A DNA stretch of 64,000 nt from an uncultured Thermoplasmatales archaeon (GCA_964638175.1 CAZWZY010000006.1:12386-76385); one strand, 5' to 3'; positions 43,362-54,881 are shown, counted from the first letter of the stretch. The notes: generated by a model from the sequence alone, not told the origin. Translations and numbers: made by a program.

Positions 43362-46300
43362 ATGACTGATGAGCCTGTGAAAAAAGAGCATGTTCGAGCT
43401 ATCGAATCTGAAATGAAACGTGCATTTATTGATTATTCAATGAGCGTGATTATGAGCAGAGCCCTTCCCGATGTCAGAGATGGATTAAAGCCTGTTCATC
43501 GTCGTATTTTGTACGCCATGAATGATATGGGGCTTACCAGCAGAAGTGCATATAAAAAATCTGCAAGAGTTGTCGGAGAATGTTTTACTAGAGATACTAT
43601 GGTTTTAACCAAAAAAGGATTAGTACCTATTAAGGAGATAAAAAAAGGAGATGAAGTTTATACTCAAGACAGCATTGAAAAAGTTAAAGAACTTTATATA
43701 ATGCCTAAACGTGAGCTATTAAAAATCTCTTTAGAAAATGGAATGGAGAATAAAGCTACAAAATCTCAAAAATTTAAGATTTTAACAAAAGATTGGAAAT
43801 TTCAATGGAAAGAAGCAAAGGATCTAAAAAATGACGATTTTGTTGTTGTTAAATATGATTATCCAAATATAAAAAATTGTGTTAAATTAAACAATAAAAA
43901 AAGGCTGTTATGCAAATTCTTAAATGAAAATATAGGCTATTTATTGGGTATTTTTTTATCGGATGGGTGGGTTTCAGAAGACTATACTACAAAAAGACAT
44001 CCGAGAATATGTTTTTATGGCGGAACAAGTAGAGAAATCGCAGAAAAAGTTGCTCAAATCGTAGAAAAAGAATTCGATTACCGGCCAACGATTCAAGAAA
44101 AAGAATACATGTTGAAATTAAAGGAAAAAAAATGTATTTACTATGTTAGGATTAATAGGAAAGACATCAATGATTTCTTTGTTTCAAACTTTAATCTTAA
44201 AAATGTAAATGCTTTTACTAAACAAATACCTAAACAGATTTTTAATTCACCTCAAAAAGTAATATATTCATTTATCTCGGGAATGGTAGATGGAGATGGA
44301 TCTATACACAAAAATAGAAACACAATTCATTATGGATCAATTTCTGAAAAAATGATTAACCAGTTAATGATTCTTCTTCAACACCAAGGAATTTTTAGTT
44401 CAAAATATTGCTCAAATAAGTTAAAACAGAGGCATATCGATGATAGAACAATAGTTGATAGACATCCACTTTTTAATTTAGAAATTCATGGAAATGATGC
44501 TGTAGAGCTAGCAAAAAATCTAAATCTAAGTTGTGTTAGAAAAAAAGCATTGCTTGAAAGATTAGCAGAGGAAAAAGTAACAAAAAGAGAGTCATGGTCC
44601 AAATATGATATCATACCATATGCAGGAGAGCAAGTTTTTGAAGAATTAAGTAATCATCATTTAGGTGGTGGATGGTATAAAGATATAAACGAAGGAAATT
44701 TTAGAAGCGGAGTTAAATATCCAGATGGTTGTAAGATAATATACTCAACTGATCTCAAAGCAAAATCCTTGCGTCTATCACAAATCAACCAATGGGGCGT
44801 CAAAGATAAACTAGAAAGAATTGGATATGATTTAAATGATTTTATAGAACACATCCTTGAGGATAAAATTACTTTTTTAAGAGTATCTTCAGTAGAAACG
44901 ATTGAAGCAGAAGAAACATATGATATCCAAGTTGAAAATGAGCATGAATTTGTCGCAAACGGAATGCTTTCACATAATTGTCTTGGTAAATATCATCCAC
45001 ACGGCGATCAAGCAGTATACGACTCTATGGTTCGTATGGCACAAGATTTTTCCCTACGATACCCGCTTGTTGATGGGCAAGGAAATTTTGGTAGTGTTGA
45101 TGGAGATTCTGCAGCAGCAATGAGGTACACTGAAGCACGTTTGGCAAAAATTGCAGGTCTCATGCTCCAAGATATTGAAAAAGAAACGGTGGAATGGGCT
45201 GACAATTTTGATGGGTCACTAAAAGAACCAATTGTACTTCCAAGCGTTCTTCCCAATCTATTAATCAACGGTGCCTCAGGGATCGCGGTAGGAATGGCCA
45301 CCAATATGGCACCTCACAACCTTTCCGAAGTCATCGAGGGTACAATCAAGGTAATTGATGAACCTGACATTGAAACGGCTGAATTAATGACCATTATTCA
45401 AGGCCCCGATTTTCCCACTGGCGGTATCATCTATGGTCGTGGAGGTATTCTTGCCGCGTATTCTGAAGGAAAAGGACTGGTCCGAGTTCGTGCGCGGACG
45501 ACTATCGAGGAGAGTAAAGATCGCAAGCGCATTATTGTGACAGAATTACCATATCAGGTCAACAAAGGGAAGTTGCTTCAAACCATTGCAGAATTAGTAA
45601 AAAACAAAAAAATCGAAGGTATCGCCGATTTACGCGATGAAAGCGACCGAGAGGGGATGCGTATTGTCATCGATTTGAAACGAGACGCCATTGAAGATGT
45701 CGTGCTCAATCAGCTCTATGGCCACACGGAACTCCAATCAACATTTGGTGTTTTAAATCTAGCAATTGTGAATGGCGAGCCAAAGATCCTTACCTTAAAA
45801 GAGATTATCCACTATTTTATTGACTATCGGGTTGACGTTATCACGAAACGTACGACCTATGACCTCAATAAAGCAAAAGAAAAAATGCATATTCTCGAAG
45901 GGTTGATGATTGCCCTCAAAAACATTGATGAAGTTATCAAAATTATTCGAGGGAGCAAAGAGGTAGATGAAGCAAAGCAGCGATTAATGAAACGATTTGA
46001 ATTATCGGAGCTACAAGTCAAAGCGATTCTTGATATGCGACTGCAGAAACTCACCGGTATGGAAATCGAGGGTGTGCAACAAGAACATCAAGCAACTGCA
46101 GAAGTGATCAAGAATTTGGAACATCTGCTGAGTGATAAACAACATATTTTGGATGAAATTAAACGAGAACTCATTGAAATTAAAGAAAAATTCGGTGATG
46201 AACGACGAACAGAGATTGTTGAAGGTGAAATCGATATTGATATGGAAGATCTCATTCCAGTGCAAGATGTAGTTATCACCATTACTGACAGTGGCTATAT

Positions 46301-47216
46301 CAAACGGATTCCGTGTGAAGCCTACCGAACGCAGCGACGTGGCGGCAAAGGTCTCATCGGCATGAAAACCAAAGAAGAAGATGTGGTTGTCGACTCTTTT
46401 ATCACTTCAACACACGATTATATCATGTTTTTCACCAACCAGGGAAAATGCTTCTGGTTGAAAGGATATAAGATTCCTGAAGGAGAACGATATGGGAAAG
46501 GGAAAGCTATTGTCAATCTCCTTCCTCGATTAGAAAAAGAGGAATATGTAGAAACTGCCATTCCCATTCATGAGTTTGACGATGAGCATTATCTGGTATT
46601 TGCAACTAAAAAAGGCATCATTAAAAAAACCGTGCTATCGGCCTATAGTAATATACGAGTGAACGGTATCCGAGCGATCAAATTAGACGATGATGATGAG
46701 CTCATCAGTACAAGACTTTCCGATGGAAAACAAACCGTTATGATTGCCTCTGCAGAGGGTCAGGCATGCCGCTTTTATGAAGAAGAAGTTCGTCCAATGG
46801 GCAGAGTAACAAGAGGCGTCATTGGTATTCGATTGAATAAAGGAGATAAAGTGGTCTCCATGGCCATTGTTGGAGAAGAAGGGAATTTGTTAACGATCAC
46901 GGAGAATGGATTTGGCAAACGATCACCCATACAAGAGTACCGCAAAACCCATCGAGGGAGTAAGGGTGTACGAACCATCATTACTAATGAACGGAATGGA
47001 AAAGTCATTTATGTCAGAGAAGTCGATGATGATGATGAAATCATGTTAACAAGTAAGGACGGTATGATGGTAAGAATCCCTGTCAGTGGCATAAGAATCC
47101 AAGGAAGAAGCACGATGGGTGTTACTATTATGAAGCTCAACAAAGGAGATAAAGTCGTCTCCGTTGCCAAAGTGATGGAAAACGGTGATGAAGAAACTTG
47201 CGAGGCTGAAGAATAG
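43362..47216 (+). CDS. gyrA: DNA gyrase subunit A precursor (intein-containing)
   Basis: The exteins read ...[10 protein letters not shown] | [55 protein letters not shown]... The ORF track starts at TTG 43356. ATG 43362 follows GGTGAT by 5 nt. Confidence 0.9.
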   Translation: MTDEPVKKEHVRAIESEMKRAFIDYSMSVIMSRALPDVRDGLKPVHRRILYAMNDMGLTSRSAYKKSARVVGECFTRDTMVLTKKGLVPIKEIKKGDEVYTQDSIEKVKELYIMPKRELLKISLENGMENKATKSQKFKILTKDWKFQWKEAKDLKNDDFVVVKYDYPNIKNCVKLNNKKRLLCKFLNENIGYLLGIFLSDGWVSEDYTTKRHPRICFYGGTSREIAEKVAQIVEKEFDYRPTIQEKEYMLKLKEKKCIYYVRINRKDINDFFVSNFNLKNVNAFTKQIPKQIFNSPQKVIYSFISGMVDGDGSIHKNRNTIHYGSISEKMINQLMILLQHQGIFSSKYCSNKLKQRHIDDRTIVDRHPLFNLEIHGNDAVELAKNLNLSCVRKKALLERLAEEKVTKRESWSKYDIIPYAGEQVFEELSNHHLGGGWYKDINEGNFRSGVKYPDGCKIIYSTDLKAKSLRLSQINQWGVKDKLERIGYDLNDFIEHILEDKITFLRVSSVETIEAEETYDIQVENEHEFVANGMLSHNCLGKYHPHGDQAVYDSMVRMAQDFSLRYPLVDGQGNFGSVDGDSAAAMRYTEARLAKIAGLMLQDIEKETVEWADNFDGSLKEPIVLPSVLPNLLINGASGIAVGMATNMAPHNLSEVIEGTIKVIDEPDIETAELMTIIQGPDFPTGGIIYGRGGILAAYSEGKGLVRVRARTTIEESKDRKRIIVTELPYQVNKGKLLQTIAELVKNKKIEGIADLRDESDREGMRIVIDLKRDAIEDVVLNQLYGHTELQSTFGVLNLAIVNGEPKILTLKEIIHYFIDYRVDVITKRTTYDLNKAKEKMHILEGLMIALKNIDEVIKIIRGSKEVDEAKQRLMKRFELSELQVKAILDMRLQKLTGMEIEGVQQEHQATAEVIKNLEHLLSDKQHILDEIKRELIEIKEKFGDERRTEIVEGEIDIDMEDLIPVQDVVITITDSGYIKRIPCEAYRTQRRGGKGLIGMKTKEEDVVVDSFITSTHDYIMFFTNQGKCFWLKGYKIPEGERYGKGKAIVNLLPRLEKEEYVETAIPIHEFDDEHYLVFATKKGIIKKTVLSAYSNIRVNGIRAIKLDDDDELISTRLSDGKQTVMIASAEGQACRFYEEEVRPMGRVTRGVIGIRLNKGDKVVSMAIVGEEGNLLTITENGFGKRSPIQEYRKTHRGSKGVRTIITNERNGKVIYVREVDDDDEIMLTSKDGMMVRIPVSGIRIQGRSTMGVTIMKLNKGDKVVSVAKVMENGDEETCEAEE
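43581..44978 (+). mobile_element. GyrA intein (466 aa) with a LAGLIDADG homing-endonuclease domain
   Basis: It starts at Cys ([10 protein letters not shown]) and ends ...[11 protein letters not shown], followed by the +1 Cys ([10 protein letters not shown]). LAGLIDADG motifs are [11 protein letters not shown] and [12 protein letters not shown]. The length is 1398 nt, in frame. It is visibly more AT-rich than the exteins. Confidence 0.85.
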
Positions 47217-47299
47217 ATCGTCCCTTCGTTTTTTATTTGCTCTTTTTTAAAAAACATTTATATCTTTCTTTCTTATTAGAATTTGTGGGGGTAGTAAAG

Positions 47300-49759
47300 A
47301 TGGAGAAAATTTTACCAATAGTAGTTGTAAGTCTATTAGTGTTGAGTGCAATAGGAGCATATGGATTTCCTACTGAAGAAGAGGATACTAACAAAGAATA
47401 TGTGATGACAAAGACTATTACGTTTTCATCACCTATAATAAAAAAATCGGACCAATCGTATCTAGAAGCGACGGTCAAAGAGGCGTCATCATATACGACC
47501 ATGCCAAGAAAACCGATGGTTCCTCAGGAGACAATGTCATTTGAACTGCCATTTGGCATAACAAATGTACACGTTACTGTTCTACCAAACAATGTACAAG
47601 AGTATGATCTTGATGGTGAACTGCAACCTTCGCCAGCACACATCCCGCTTATTGCAGATAGAACGGACCTTTCATTTTCATCTGAGAAAGACACTGATAT
47701 CTATGAGAGTACTGAACTCTTTCCATCTTCATGGCATTCAGCTCATGTTGGTTGTGGACTCAATAACGAAAATAAGCGTGTGACTCACGTAACTGTTCAT
47801 ACCTATCCAATGCGATATGCTCCAGGAGTGGATAAAGCATATGCCGCTGAATCACTTGACATTACCATAACGTATGAAGAAGGCGACATGCCTCCACCTA
47901 CACCAAGTAAACAATATGACCTGGTAATTATTGCTCCCTCTCTCTTTTCCCGTGAGTTACAACCATTAGTGGAACATAAAAACAGAGTTGGCGTTGATAC
48001 AATACTGAAAACAACTGAAGAAATTTATGACCAATATCTAGGAGTGGATAAACCAGAACAAATCAAATATTTCATAAAAAATGCTATAGAACTGTGGGAT
48101 GTTACCTACGTTCTCTTGGTTGGTGGATTGAATTCACTACTCCGAGCTCGTCCTCGAGATGATGCCAATCAAGGGTCAAGAGATTGGTATGTGCCGGTAA
48201 GATATACCAATTGTTTTGACAATCCAGAGCATCCACTCAGCAGTTCCATCAACGATCCTGGTGTCATTAGCGATTTGTATTATGCCGATATTTACAAAGA
48301 AGGAGGTGTGTTTGAAGATTGGGATCCCAATGGAGATGGGTTATTTGCTGCATGGGGACATCCTATCGCAGAAAATGATACGGGGATTGATTTTTACCCA
48401 GATGTCTGTCTTGGACGACTTGCCTGTAGAAACAAGCGAGAAGTGAAAGCAGTGGTAGACAAAATCATCACCTACGAAGAAAAACCTGCTGATCCTTCAT
48501 GGTTTAAACGGGTAGTCGTGATATCAGGGGATGGTTTCTTAGATCAAGAAGACCTTGACATTCAATGGGACACTAAGGATGTTTCAGAAGGAAAATATAC
48601 CATCCATGCTCAAAGCATAAATACCGATGATATCGCAGGACCCATCGACACCATTGAGGTTACCGTTGACAGAACGAAGGCGACCTCATTGTCCTTTAAT
48701 CATGATGATCATCTTAAAATTGAGGGGTACCCTGCACCACCAATCGCAGAAATTACCTCTCCTTCAGATGGTGATGTCTTAGGAAAAACTGATTTCTACG
48801 AAGAACCTGAAGAAGGCGTGGCGTATTGCAATGATTTTACTGGATGGGCAAATATCGAATATACTGATGGTGTTATGCATATTAGGGGGAAATCCTATGA
48901 TCCTCGACCGTACGGAAATGTCACTGACATTCATGTCTGGATAGAAGATGAGAATCATAAGATTATCTTTTCAGAATGGAGAAACAGTACCGAGATGTAC
49001 TATGAAGGAGAATGGCTTTGTGGAGAAAAGGTATTAGAAGGGGGCGGTGGGGCTCTCTATTATATGCCTCCTGATTTTGAACGAGAAATCATTTGGACAT
49101 CAAATGGAAAATTAACGGGACAACAAGATGTCCTCGATGCGTTGAATCCAGGATGTGGCTTTGCCTTTTTATCAGGACACGGCAGCCCTAACGTGTGGGC
49201 AGATCATTATCCTGGAGTGCCAGGGAATAGAGGACCAGGGAGTGTTACGGGATTAAAAGTCACCAGCATCGGTATCTATCCGCCCTTTGTTCGGTTTCCT
49301 GTCTTTCCGATGAATAAATTACGAAATACTGACAAACCACCAGTTGTGCTAATTGGAGGATGTCATAATAGTCAATTTAATGTCTCCATGATTCCAGCAT
49401 TTCTGGATGTGAAGAATAAAAAGAGCTTGTGGACTCATGGAAGCGCAGTGCCTGAATGCTTCAGTTGGTATTTGACCAAACTACCAAGAAAAGGGGCGAT
49501 TGCAACAATTGGAAACACCGGACTTGGATATGGGACCATGGGAAAAACATGCACCATTGATGGGCTTGACGGGGGCATTTGTATTGAATTTTTCAAACAA
49601 TACGGTAAAGAAGGACATCACATCCTTGGTGATGCATATACCCAGACATTACGATCTTACGTTTCAACATTTGATATGGAAAACCAAGACCATGCAAAAT
49701 CGCTTCAACAATGGGTATTGCTAGGCGACCCCAGTCTAATGATTGGAGGGTATTCCTAA
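47300..49759 (+). CDS. Secreted C25 (gingipain)-like clan CD cysteine peptidase paralog
   Basis: The ORF track starts at 47237. ATG 47300 gives MEKILPIVVVSLLVLSAIGAYG. YDLVIIAPSLF..., YVLLVGG, DLYYADIY, CLGRLAC, FLSGHGSPN (His) and VVLIGGCHNSQF (Cys) are present. Confidence 0.65.
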   Translation: MEKILPIVVVSLLVLSAIGAYGFPTEEEDTNKEYVMTKTITFSSPIIKKSDQSYLEATVKEASSYTTMPRKPMVPQETMSFELPFGITNVHVTVLPNNVQEYDLDGELQPSPAHIPLIADRTDLSFSSEKDTDIYESTELFPSSWHSAHVGCGLNNENKRVTHVTVHTYPMRYAPGVDKAYAAESLDITITYEEGDMPPPTPSKQYDLVIIAPSLFSRELQPLVEHKNRVGVDTILKTTEEIYDQYLGVDKPEQIKYFIKNAIELWDVTYVLLVGGLNSLLRARPRDDANQGSRDWYVPVRYTNCFDNPEHPLSSSINDPGVISDLYYADIYKEGGVFEDWDPNGDGLFAAWGHPIAENDTGIDFYPDVCLGRLACRNKREVKAVVDKIITYEEKPADPSWFKRVVVISGDGFLDQEDLDIQWDTKDVSEGKYTIHAQSINTDDIAGPIDTIEVTVDRTKATSLSFNHDDHLKIEGYPAPPIAEITSPSDGDVLGKTDFYEEPEEGVAYCNDFTGWANIEYTDGVMHIRGKSYDPRPYGNVTDIHVWIEDENHKIIFSEWRNSTEMYYEGEWLCGEKVLEGGGGALYYMPPDFEREIIWTSNGKLTGQQDVLDALNPGCGFAFLSGHGSPNVWADHYPGVPGNRGPGSVTGLKVTSIGIYPPFVRFPVFPMNKLRNTDKPPVVLIGGCHNSQFNVSMIPAFLDVKNKKSLWTHGSAVPECFSWYLTKLPRKGAIATIGNTGLGYGTMGKTCTIDGLDGGICIEFFKQYGKEGHHILGDAYTQTLRSYVSTFDMENQDHAKSLQQWVLLGDPSLMIGGYS

Positions 49760-49807
49760 CTCTGCGTAATTTAAAAACAGAGAAAAGGGGTTGAAGGGTT
49801 TAACTTA

Positions 49808-52726
49808 TTACCCTTCGTTTACCGGTTCATACAGATTGAGTGCAGGGTCACCGAAGAGCACGTATTCTTGATAGGTCACATATTTAGATTCCATACATTT
49901 ACTGAGGGTGTTGGCTGAAGTGCTCTTTGTTTTCATCAATGACACACTAGCATCTAAAAGTGAGTCTCCCGTAGTAACCAATGGCGGCGTCCACCACACT
50001 TGCCAATCTATTTCCTCAGGAACAAAATAGCTATTTCTGGCATTTCGTAACGCTAGTCCAATGTTGGCATCATCTTCCTTTAAATTTGTGTTTAAGTCAG
50101 TATACAATCTGAAACCAAAGTGTGGAGGAGGAAAATTGTTATTGTTCCATTGTCTCTTAGCTTTCAGATATTTTGGAATGGTAGTAATAGGTAAGTCATA
50201 TTTCGTATTCTTTGGTTCAAGGTAGCCACCTCCAATGTTAGATCCCGTTGATGATGCAATCAGCGACGTTATTCCAGCATGTAGATATGCCTGGCCAATA
50301 TTTGCTTTTGGATACATGCCATCTATCTTTCCACAGATGCAGCTTTCAATCCATAGAAATGATGGGCCAAATTTCATATCTGACACCGATCTGGTATTGT
50401 AATCGCCAATTTTACTTAGATCTGCTCCAGGTCCCATAAAACCTCCAAGTGGTGGTACAATGAGTTTTTGAAGGAGAAAATGAATCACAGGACCGCCCAA
50501 ACCAGCAGCAGTGAGCGAATTACCTGCCATGCCATAGAAATTCTGACATCCATGACCATTTGCAAAAATGAAATTACTTGACTCCATGATTTCACCACCC
50601 TTTACATTGCCTTCTCCAACTAGTCTTCGTACTTGAGGCATTCTGAACAAGAGAAGGTTGAGTAGATTAGACGTCTTCAGTTCTTTAATGGCATCATCAC
50701 TGAGGCCTTCTCTCATCGCTTCCGTATCAAAGGCAGTGAACACATTGAATCCCAGGGGTTCCGCCGCCTGTGCTTTCGTGCTTAAAAGGCTTTGTTCTGC
50801 ATATCCGGTGAATAATTTCATAGGTTCAGCTGCATTGTGAATCCCTAATAGGTTACCAAAAATAATTTGGCGTGCTAACGGTTTTTGAAAATCTTGTCCC
50901 CCGCCAATAAGGAGAGCAAAATTGTCTTTCCATTCGTCCAAGTTTTCGACAATCTCATCGTAAAAGACTGCTCTAGCAATCAATGCACTGGCATCTTGAG
51001 CGTCCCAGCCAGTAATACGGCCGACAATGTTTTCTTGGAAGGGATACTCAGTATACACATCATTGGCAAGATTAGACCAGTCATATTCAACTGGATCGAT
51101 ATTACCATAAATGACATCACTGGGAGTACCGCCACCTACCCAATATGGAGTGTCATCCTTTCCATCGCCGTCAATATCCCCCACAGGTTCAACATGATTC
51201 TGGTAAATGTAGTTGGGGAGAACCGTATTTCCGCCCACCAATGCAATGTATACGGGGTGGGCTCTATAATAGTCTTGTAGATATTTAATGTCTGTATCTC
51301 CTTTCAAAGAGATATCTGCAAGTCTTGATAGGAGAGAATTTAAGGGTTTATGGATATTATCAAAGATATGTTTGTTTAACATAGGTGTTAGTTTTGGATT
51401 TCTCCGGGGAACATAAAATCCTGGGCATGTTTCCCCTTTATCAGTTATGACATCATCATCTGCAGTGAATGCAAATTCTTGGTCACCAAAGACAATACCT
51501 TTGTGATACGCGGTCAGATAGGGAGCCATAGAGGAGAGTTGCTTCATCATGGGGTAAACAGGATGTTCAAGTTTTTCAATTTCCACGCTTGCTGAAACTG
51601 TGCCTTCCTTTCTACCCATCCATGATCCTGTTGAAGTAACAATATATTCTATGCCGCCTCGATCATACACAACGGCTTCCTGATAAAGTTTATCTGTTAC
51701 GATATCTCCATTAGCGTCTCTTTCTGGTACACCACCGCCACCAGTATTCCCTGTAACAACAAGACCTTCGGGAGTCTCGGGTGTATCCGATGCCACATTA
51801 AAATTGGCAGTATCTCCAAATTTATCGACCTCATCTGCATCGTGATTTATTCCTGTAAATTTAATCAATGCATACTTGTAATCGTTTGGTATCGTAAATC
51901 TCCAAGAGACACTATTTGCTCCAGATATAGCACCGGTGAGTGTATTTACTAATTGGCTAATGGAAGAGGATTTAATCGTCTCAGGGCCAAAACTAAATTG
52001 CACACTATCTAACACTTTTGGGGGCCAAGCATCAACAGGATTCGTTACCGTAATATAATCAACATCACCAAATTTTTCCCGGACAACCTCTATAGAAAAA
52101 TCAACAACATCATCAACATCTCTAAATACGTACGAATGTCCGTACCCTTCAATATCGCCGCAAACAAGAGTATACCTTACGCCAATATCGCGAAGAACTT
52201 CTTTAACTTCTTCTCCTAATTCATCAACTACTATCACCGGGATTCTAAGGTATGATGCCAATGGGGTGGCCAACACACCAATTTCATAGCCGGTTTGATT
52301 ATTTTTAATGAGCAGAGCACCTTCACTACTTTCCCAATATGCCCGTGCGACTGCTAAAGATACGTTGTGGGGCGAACCTGATTGAATAATAACCTCATTC
52401 AGGGGTTTTCCTATTACATCTCTTGCCCGAGTTACCGCAGTAGAAGGATCATCAAAATTTTGAACATATAATGGAGCTTTGTATTGTTCACCATTTTTAT
52501 CATAGCTTATAGTTAATGGCGTTGCAATCAACGGATAAAACGGACAGCTATCAGAAACTGTTGCTGTATCTGGTTTATCCTTCATTTCTCCGCATATGGT
52601 GGCAAAATCTTCAACAGTTGCATAACCAACGATTTCAGTTTCAGGAGCCCAATAATAAATGCCAATTGAAGCAAGAATAAGTATCGCTACTCCTAATACA
52701 ACTATTACTTTATCATTCTTTTTCAT
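49808..52726 (-). CDS. Membrane-anchored C25-like clan CD cysteine peptidase paralog (972 aa)
   Basis: N-terminal TM helix (VIVVLGVAILILASIGIYYW). IALVGGNTVLP, FANGHGCQNFYG (His) and LWIESCICGKIDG (Cys) are present, and the C-terminus LFGDPALNLY resembles LLGDPSLMIGGY/LLGDPSLKIGGY of the paralogs. Confidence 0.55.
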   Translation of the reverse strand: MKKNDKVIVVLGVAILILASIGIYYWAPETEIVGYATVEDFATICGEMKDKPDTATVSDSCPFYPLIATPLTISYDKNGEQYKAPLYVQNFDDPSTAVTRARDVIGKPLNEVIIQSGSPHNVSLAVARAYWESSEGALLIKNNQTGYEIGVLATPLASYLRIPVIVVDELGEEVKEVLRDIGVRYTLVCGDIEGYGHSYVFRDVDDVVDFSIEVVREKFGDVDYITVTNPVDAWPPKVLDSVQFSFGPETIKSSSISQLVNTLTGAISGANSVSWRFTIPNDYKYALIKFTGINHDADEVDKFGDTANFNVASDTPETPEGLVVTGNTGGGGVPERDANGDIVTDKLYQEAVVYDRGGIEYIVTSTGSWMGRKEGTVSASVEIEKLEHPVYPMMKQLSSMAPYLTAYHKGIVFGDQEFAFTADDDVITDKGETCPGFYVPRRNPKLTPMLNKHIFDNIHKPLNSLLSRLADISLKGDTDIKYLQDYYRAHPVYIALVGGNTVLPNYIYQNHVEPVGDIDGDGKDDTPYWVGGGTPSDVIYGNIDPVEYDWSNLANDVYTEYPFQENIVGRITGWDAQDASALIARAVFYDEIVENLDEWKDNFALLIGGGQDFQKPLARQIIFGNLLGIHNAAEPMKLFTGYAEQSLLSTKAQAAEPLGFNVFTAFDTEAMREGLSDDAIKELKTSNLLNLLLFRMPQVRRLVGEGNVKGGEIMESSNFIFANGHGCQNFYGMAGNSLTAAGLGGPVIHFLLQKLIVPPLGGFMGPGADLSKIGDYNTRSVSDMKFGPSFLWIESCICGKIDGMYPKANIGQAYLHAGITSLIASSTGSNIGGGYLEPKNTKYDLPITTIPKYLKAKRQWNNNNFPPPHFGFRLYTDLNTNLKEDDANIGLALRNARNSYFVPEEIDWQVWWTPPLVTTGDSLLDASVSLMKTKSTSANTLSKCMESKYVTYQEYVLFGDPALNLYEPVNEG

Positions 52727-52914
52727 GTTATATCCCCCGTTTTATATAATTATAGTATTTTAGTATATTTACATCTTTCTATATAATGTTTTCCATATAA
52801 TAATATTATCCTAAATATAAATGGTGAGGAGAGCGATTGCTATTATTTAATGATTATGAATTCAATACTTTAATAAGGAAAAAGCATATTACGCTGCAAA
52901 AGGAGTAAGAGATT

Positions 52915-53289
52915 ATGACTGGAGAAGAAATGTCTCCACAGTTACGAGACCAAATAACAAGATTACAACAATTACGAATGCAGTTGCAAACCTTGACACA
53001 ACAACGTCAACAAGTTGAAATGAGGTTAAAAGAAGTTGAAGAAGCATCACAAGAATTAGAAAAAACTGATGCGAAAACACCCATCTATAAAAGTGTTGGT
53101 TCACTGTTGATTAAAACAAAAGGAAAAAGTGAAGTGACGAAAGAACTCAAAGAAAACAAAGAATCATTAGATTTGCGAAAGACAACCCTTGAAAAACAAG
53201 AGGGGAGAACAAAAGAAAAGCTGAACGAGTTGCAGAGTAAAGTGCAGAATGCACTGAAAATGCCTAGCAACGAAGAAGAATCTGAGTAA
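52915..53289 (+). CDS. pfdB: Prefoldin beta subunit
   Basis: 124 aa, coiled-coil / beta-hairpin / coiled-coil: LQQLRMQLQTLTQQRQQVEMRLKEVEEA...IYKSVGSLLIKT...KELKENKESLDLRKTTLEKQE. Confidence 0.8.
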   Translation: MTGEEMSPQLRDQITRLQQLRMQLQTLTQQRQQVEMRLKEVEEASQELEKTDAKTPIYKSVGSLLIKTKGKSEVTKELKENKESLDLRKTTLEKQEGRTKEKLNELQSKVQNALKMPSNEEESE

Positions 53290-53299
53290 TCTGATAGGT

Positions 53300-53572
53300 A
53301 TGTTAAAAAAACGTACGTATTCTGCTCAACATGATTTCAAGACAGGGGCTCTCTATAGATTGTTACTGATAGTAGGCGGAATCCTGTTAATTATCTATCT
53401 TATTGAACAAGCAAGTCATCTCATCGGCATAGGGCAAACTGCGTTGGGGAGTATTCTGGCATTTTCTATCCTCTGCATCGGCGGTGGATTGTTGATGTTT
53501 TTTATCTCATCTCAATTTTCTAAATTGGCAAAAATTGCAGATGAAATCGAGGGTGAAGAAGAGACTGAATAG
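53300..53572 (+). CDS. Small hypothetical membrane protein (2 TM helices, acidic tail)
   Basis: 90 aa. LYRLLLIVGGILLIIYLI and LGSILAFSILCIGGGLLMFFI. Confidence 0.5.
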   Translation: MLKKRTYSAQHDFKTGALYRLLLIVGGILLIIYLIEQASHLIGIGQTALGSILAFSILCIGGGLLMFFISSQFSKLAKIADEIEGEEETE

Positions 53573-53589
53573 AACGTAAAGACAAGAGG

Positions 53590-54378
53590 TTACGCGCCAA
53601 ATCGTCGTTTTCGTTGCTGGCACGTCTGTATGGCCTGTAAAAAGTCACGTTTTTGAAATGCAGGCCAATAAACATCAGAAAAGTATAACTCAGAGTACGC
53701 TAGCTGCCATAAGAGAAAATTTGATATTCGCTCTTCGCCAGACGTTCGTAAGATTAAATCAGGATCAGGGATACCGTTTGTGTATAGATATTTTGAAATG
53801 ATCGGTTCTTTAATCTCATCAATGGATAACGCCCCCTGTTGTACATCGTGTGCTATTTTCTGTATTGCTTGTAAGAGTTCTTCCCGCCCACCATAGGCAA
53901 GTGCAATATTGAGAGAGTACTGGTCATAATGTTGTGTTTGTTCCATGATTTCTTGGGCAGACTCTTTGATGTCTTTTGGTAGCGATTCAAGTTTACCAAG
54001 AATACGAATTCTTACTTGATGTTTATGAATACGTGAATCGTGTTTTGCTTTGGCAAGCTCTTCTTTACAAAGATTCATGAGTGCCTCCACTTCATTACTA
54101 TCACGCCGAAAATTTTCTGTCGAAAAGGCATATAACGTGAGATTTTTGATCCCTAACTCAAAACACCATTCCAACATTTCTCGAATTTTATCTCTCCCAA
54201 AGAAATGACCCGCACTAGGGTCTAACCCCAAGCCAGCGGCAAATCGTCGATTGCCATCCATGATGACCGCGACATGTTGTGGAATGGGGTGTTTTTTAAT
54301 TTGTTCTACCAGTTTCATATCGCGGAATTTGTTTATTTTTTTTGAAAAATACGAATAGATATCAGAAGAATACACCAT
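53590..54378 (-). CDS. uppS: Undecaprenyl/tritrans,polycis-polyprenyl diphosphate synthase (cis-prenyltransferase)
   Basis: IPQHVAVIMDGNRRFA, LTLYAFSTENFRR, RTSGEERISNFLLWQLAYSELYF. Confidence 0.9.
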   Translation of the reverse strand: MVYSSDIYSYFSKKINKFRDMKLVEQIKKHPIPQHVAVIMDGNRRFAAGLGLDPSAGHFFGRDKIREMLEWCFELGIKNLTLYAFSTENFRRDSNEVEALMNLCKEELAKAKHDSRIHKHQVRIRILGKLESLPKDIKESAQEIMEQTQHYDQYSLNIALAYGGREELLQAIQKIAHDVQQGALSIDEIKEPIISKYLYTNGIPDPDLILRTSGEERISNFLLWQLAYSELYFSDVYWPAFQKRDFLQAIQTCQQRKRRFGA

Positions 54379-54622
54379 TGCTGCAAGCTTTCTGGCGATA
54401 CTGCTACGTACCGCATATTTTTCTAACGTATCAAGCTTTTTTCCTGCGAGAGTCTTAAATGATGATTGTTTTCTGCCTATAGGCCTCGCCCCATGCAGTT
54501 TGCTACATACTACGAGAGTTTATAATATTTAAGCTTAAGATATGTAAGAGTTATGCTTTCCCATAGATACCCTTTTATAACAAAAAGATATTCCAACTCC
54601 CCGACATTTACAAGGTGATATC

Positions 54623-54844
54623 CTGGGAAACATCAGACCGACCTATATAAAAAACCTTGCCATCGATTTGGTTAAGGCCTATCCGAAACAGTTCAAACAC
54701 GATGATTTTCAACACAACAAAGAAAAGGTTGCGCAATTAAGCACGGTATCGAGTAATTTACTAAGAAATCGTATTGCTGGATATGTGACGCGATATCTTG
54801 CATCTCAGAACAAAGGAAAGACAACTCCACCCAGTTCTGAGTAA
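54623..54844 (+). CDS. rps17e: 30S ribosomal protein S17e (no canonical start codon; CTG at the position of the expected Met)
   Basis: Not in the ORF track. Hand translation from 54623 gives (L)GNIRPTYIKNLAIDLVKAYPKQFKHDDFQHNKEKVAQLSTVSSNLLRNRIAGYVTRYLASQNKGKTTPPSSE*, with the S17e hallmarks MGNIR-like N-terminus and RNRIAGYVTR. The SD AAGGTGAT is at 54612-54619 and a TATA-like TTTATAA at 54574-54580. Confidence 0.8.
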   Translation: MGNIRPTYIKNLAIDLVKAYPKQFKHDDFQHNKEKVAQLSTVSSNLLRNRIAGYVTRYLASQNKGKTTPPSSE

Positions 54845-54881
54845 CAACCCAAAATTTATTTTAAGGGAGGTGAATCTGCCA

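Noticed and set aside
54798-54881. Long N-terminal extension of ribB from the ORF-track start at 54798
   Set aside because: The extension overlaps the 3' end of rps17e and precedes the SD GGAGGTGA. The conserved RibB sequence begins after TTG 54882.
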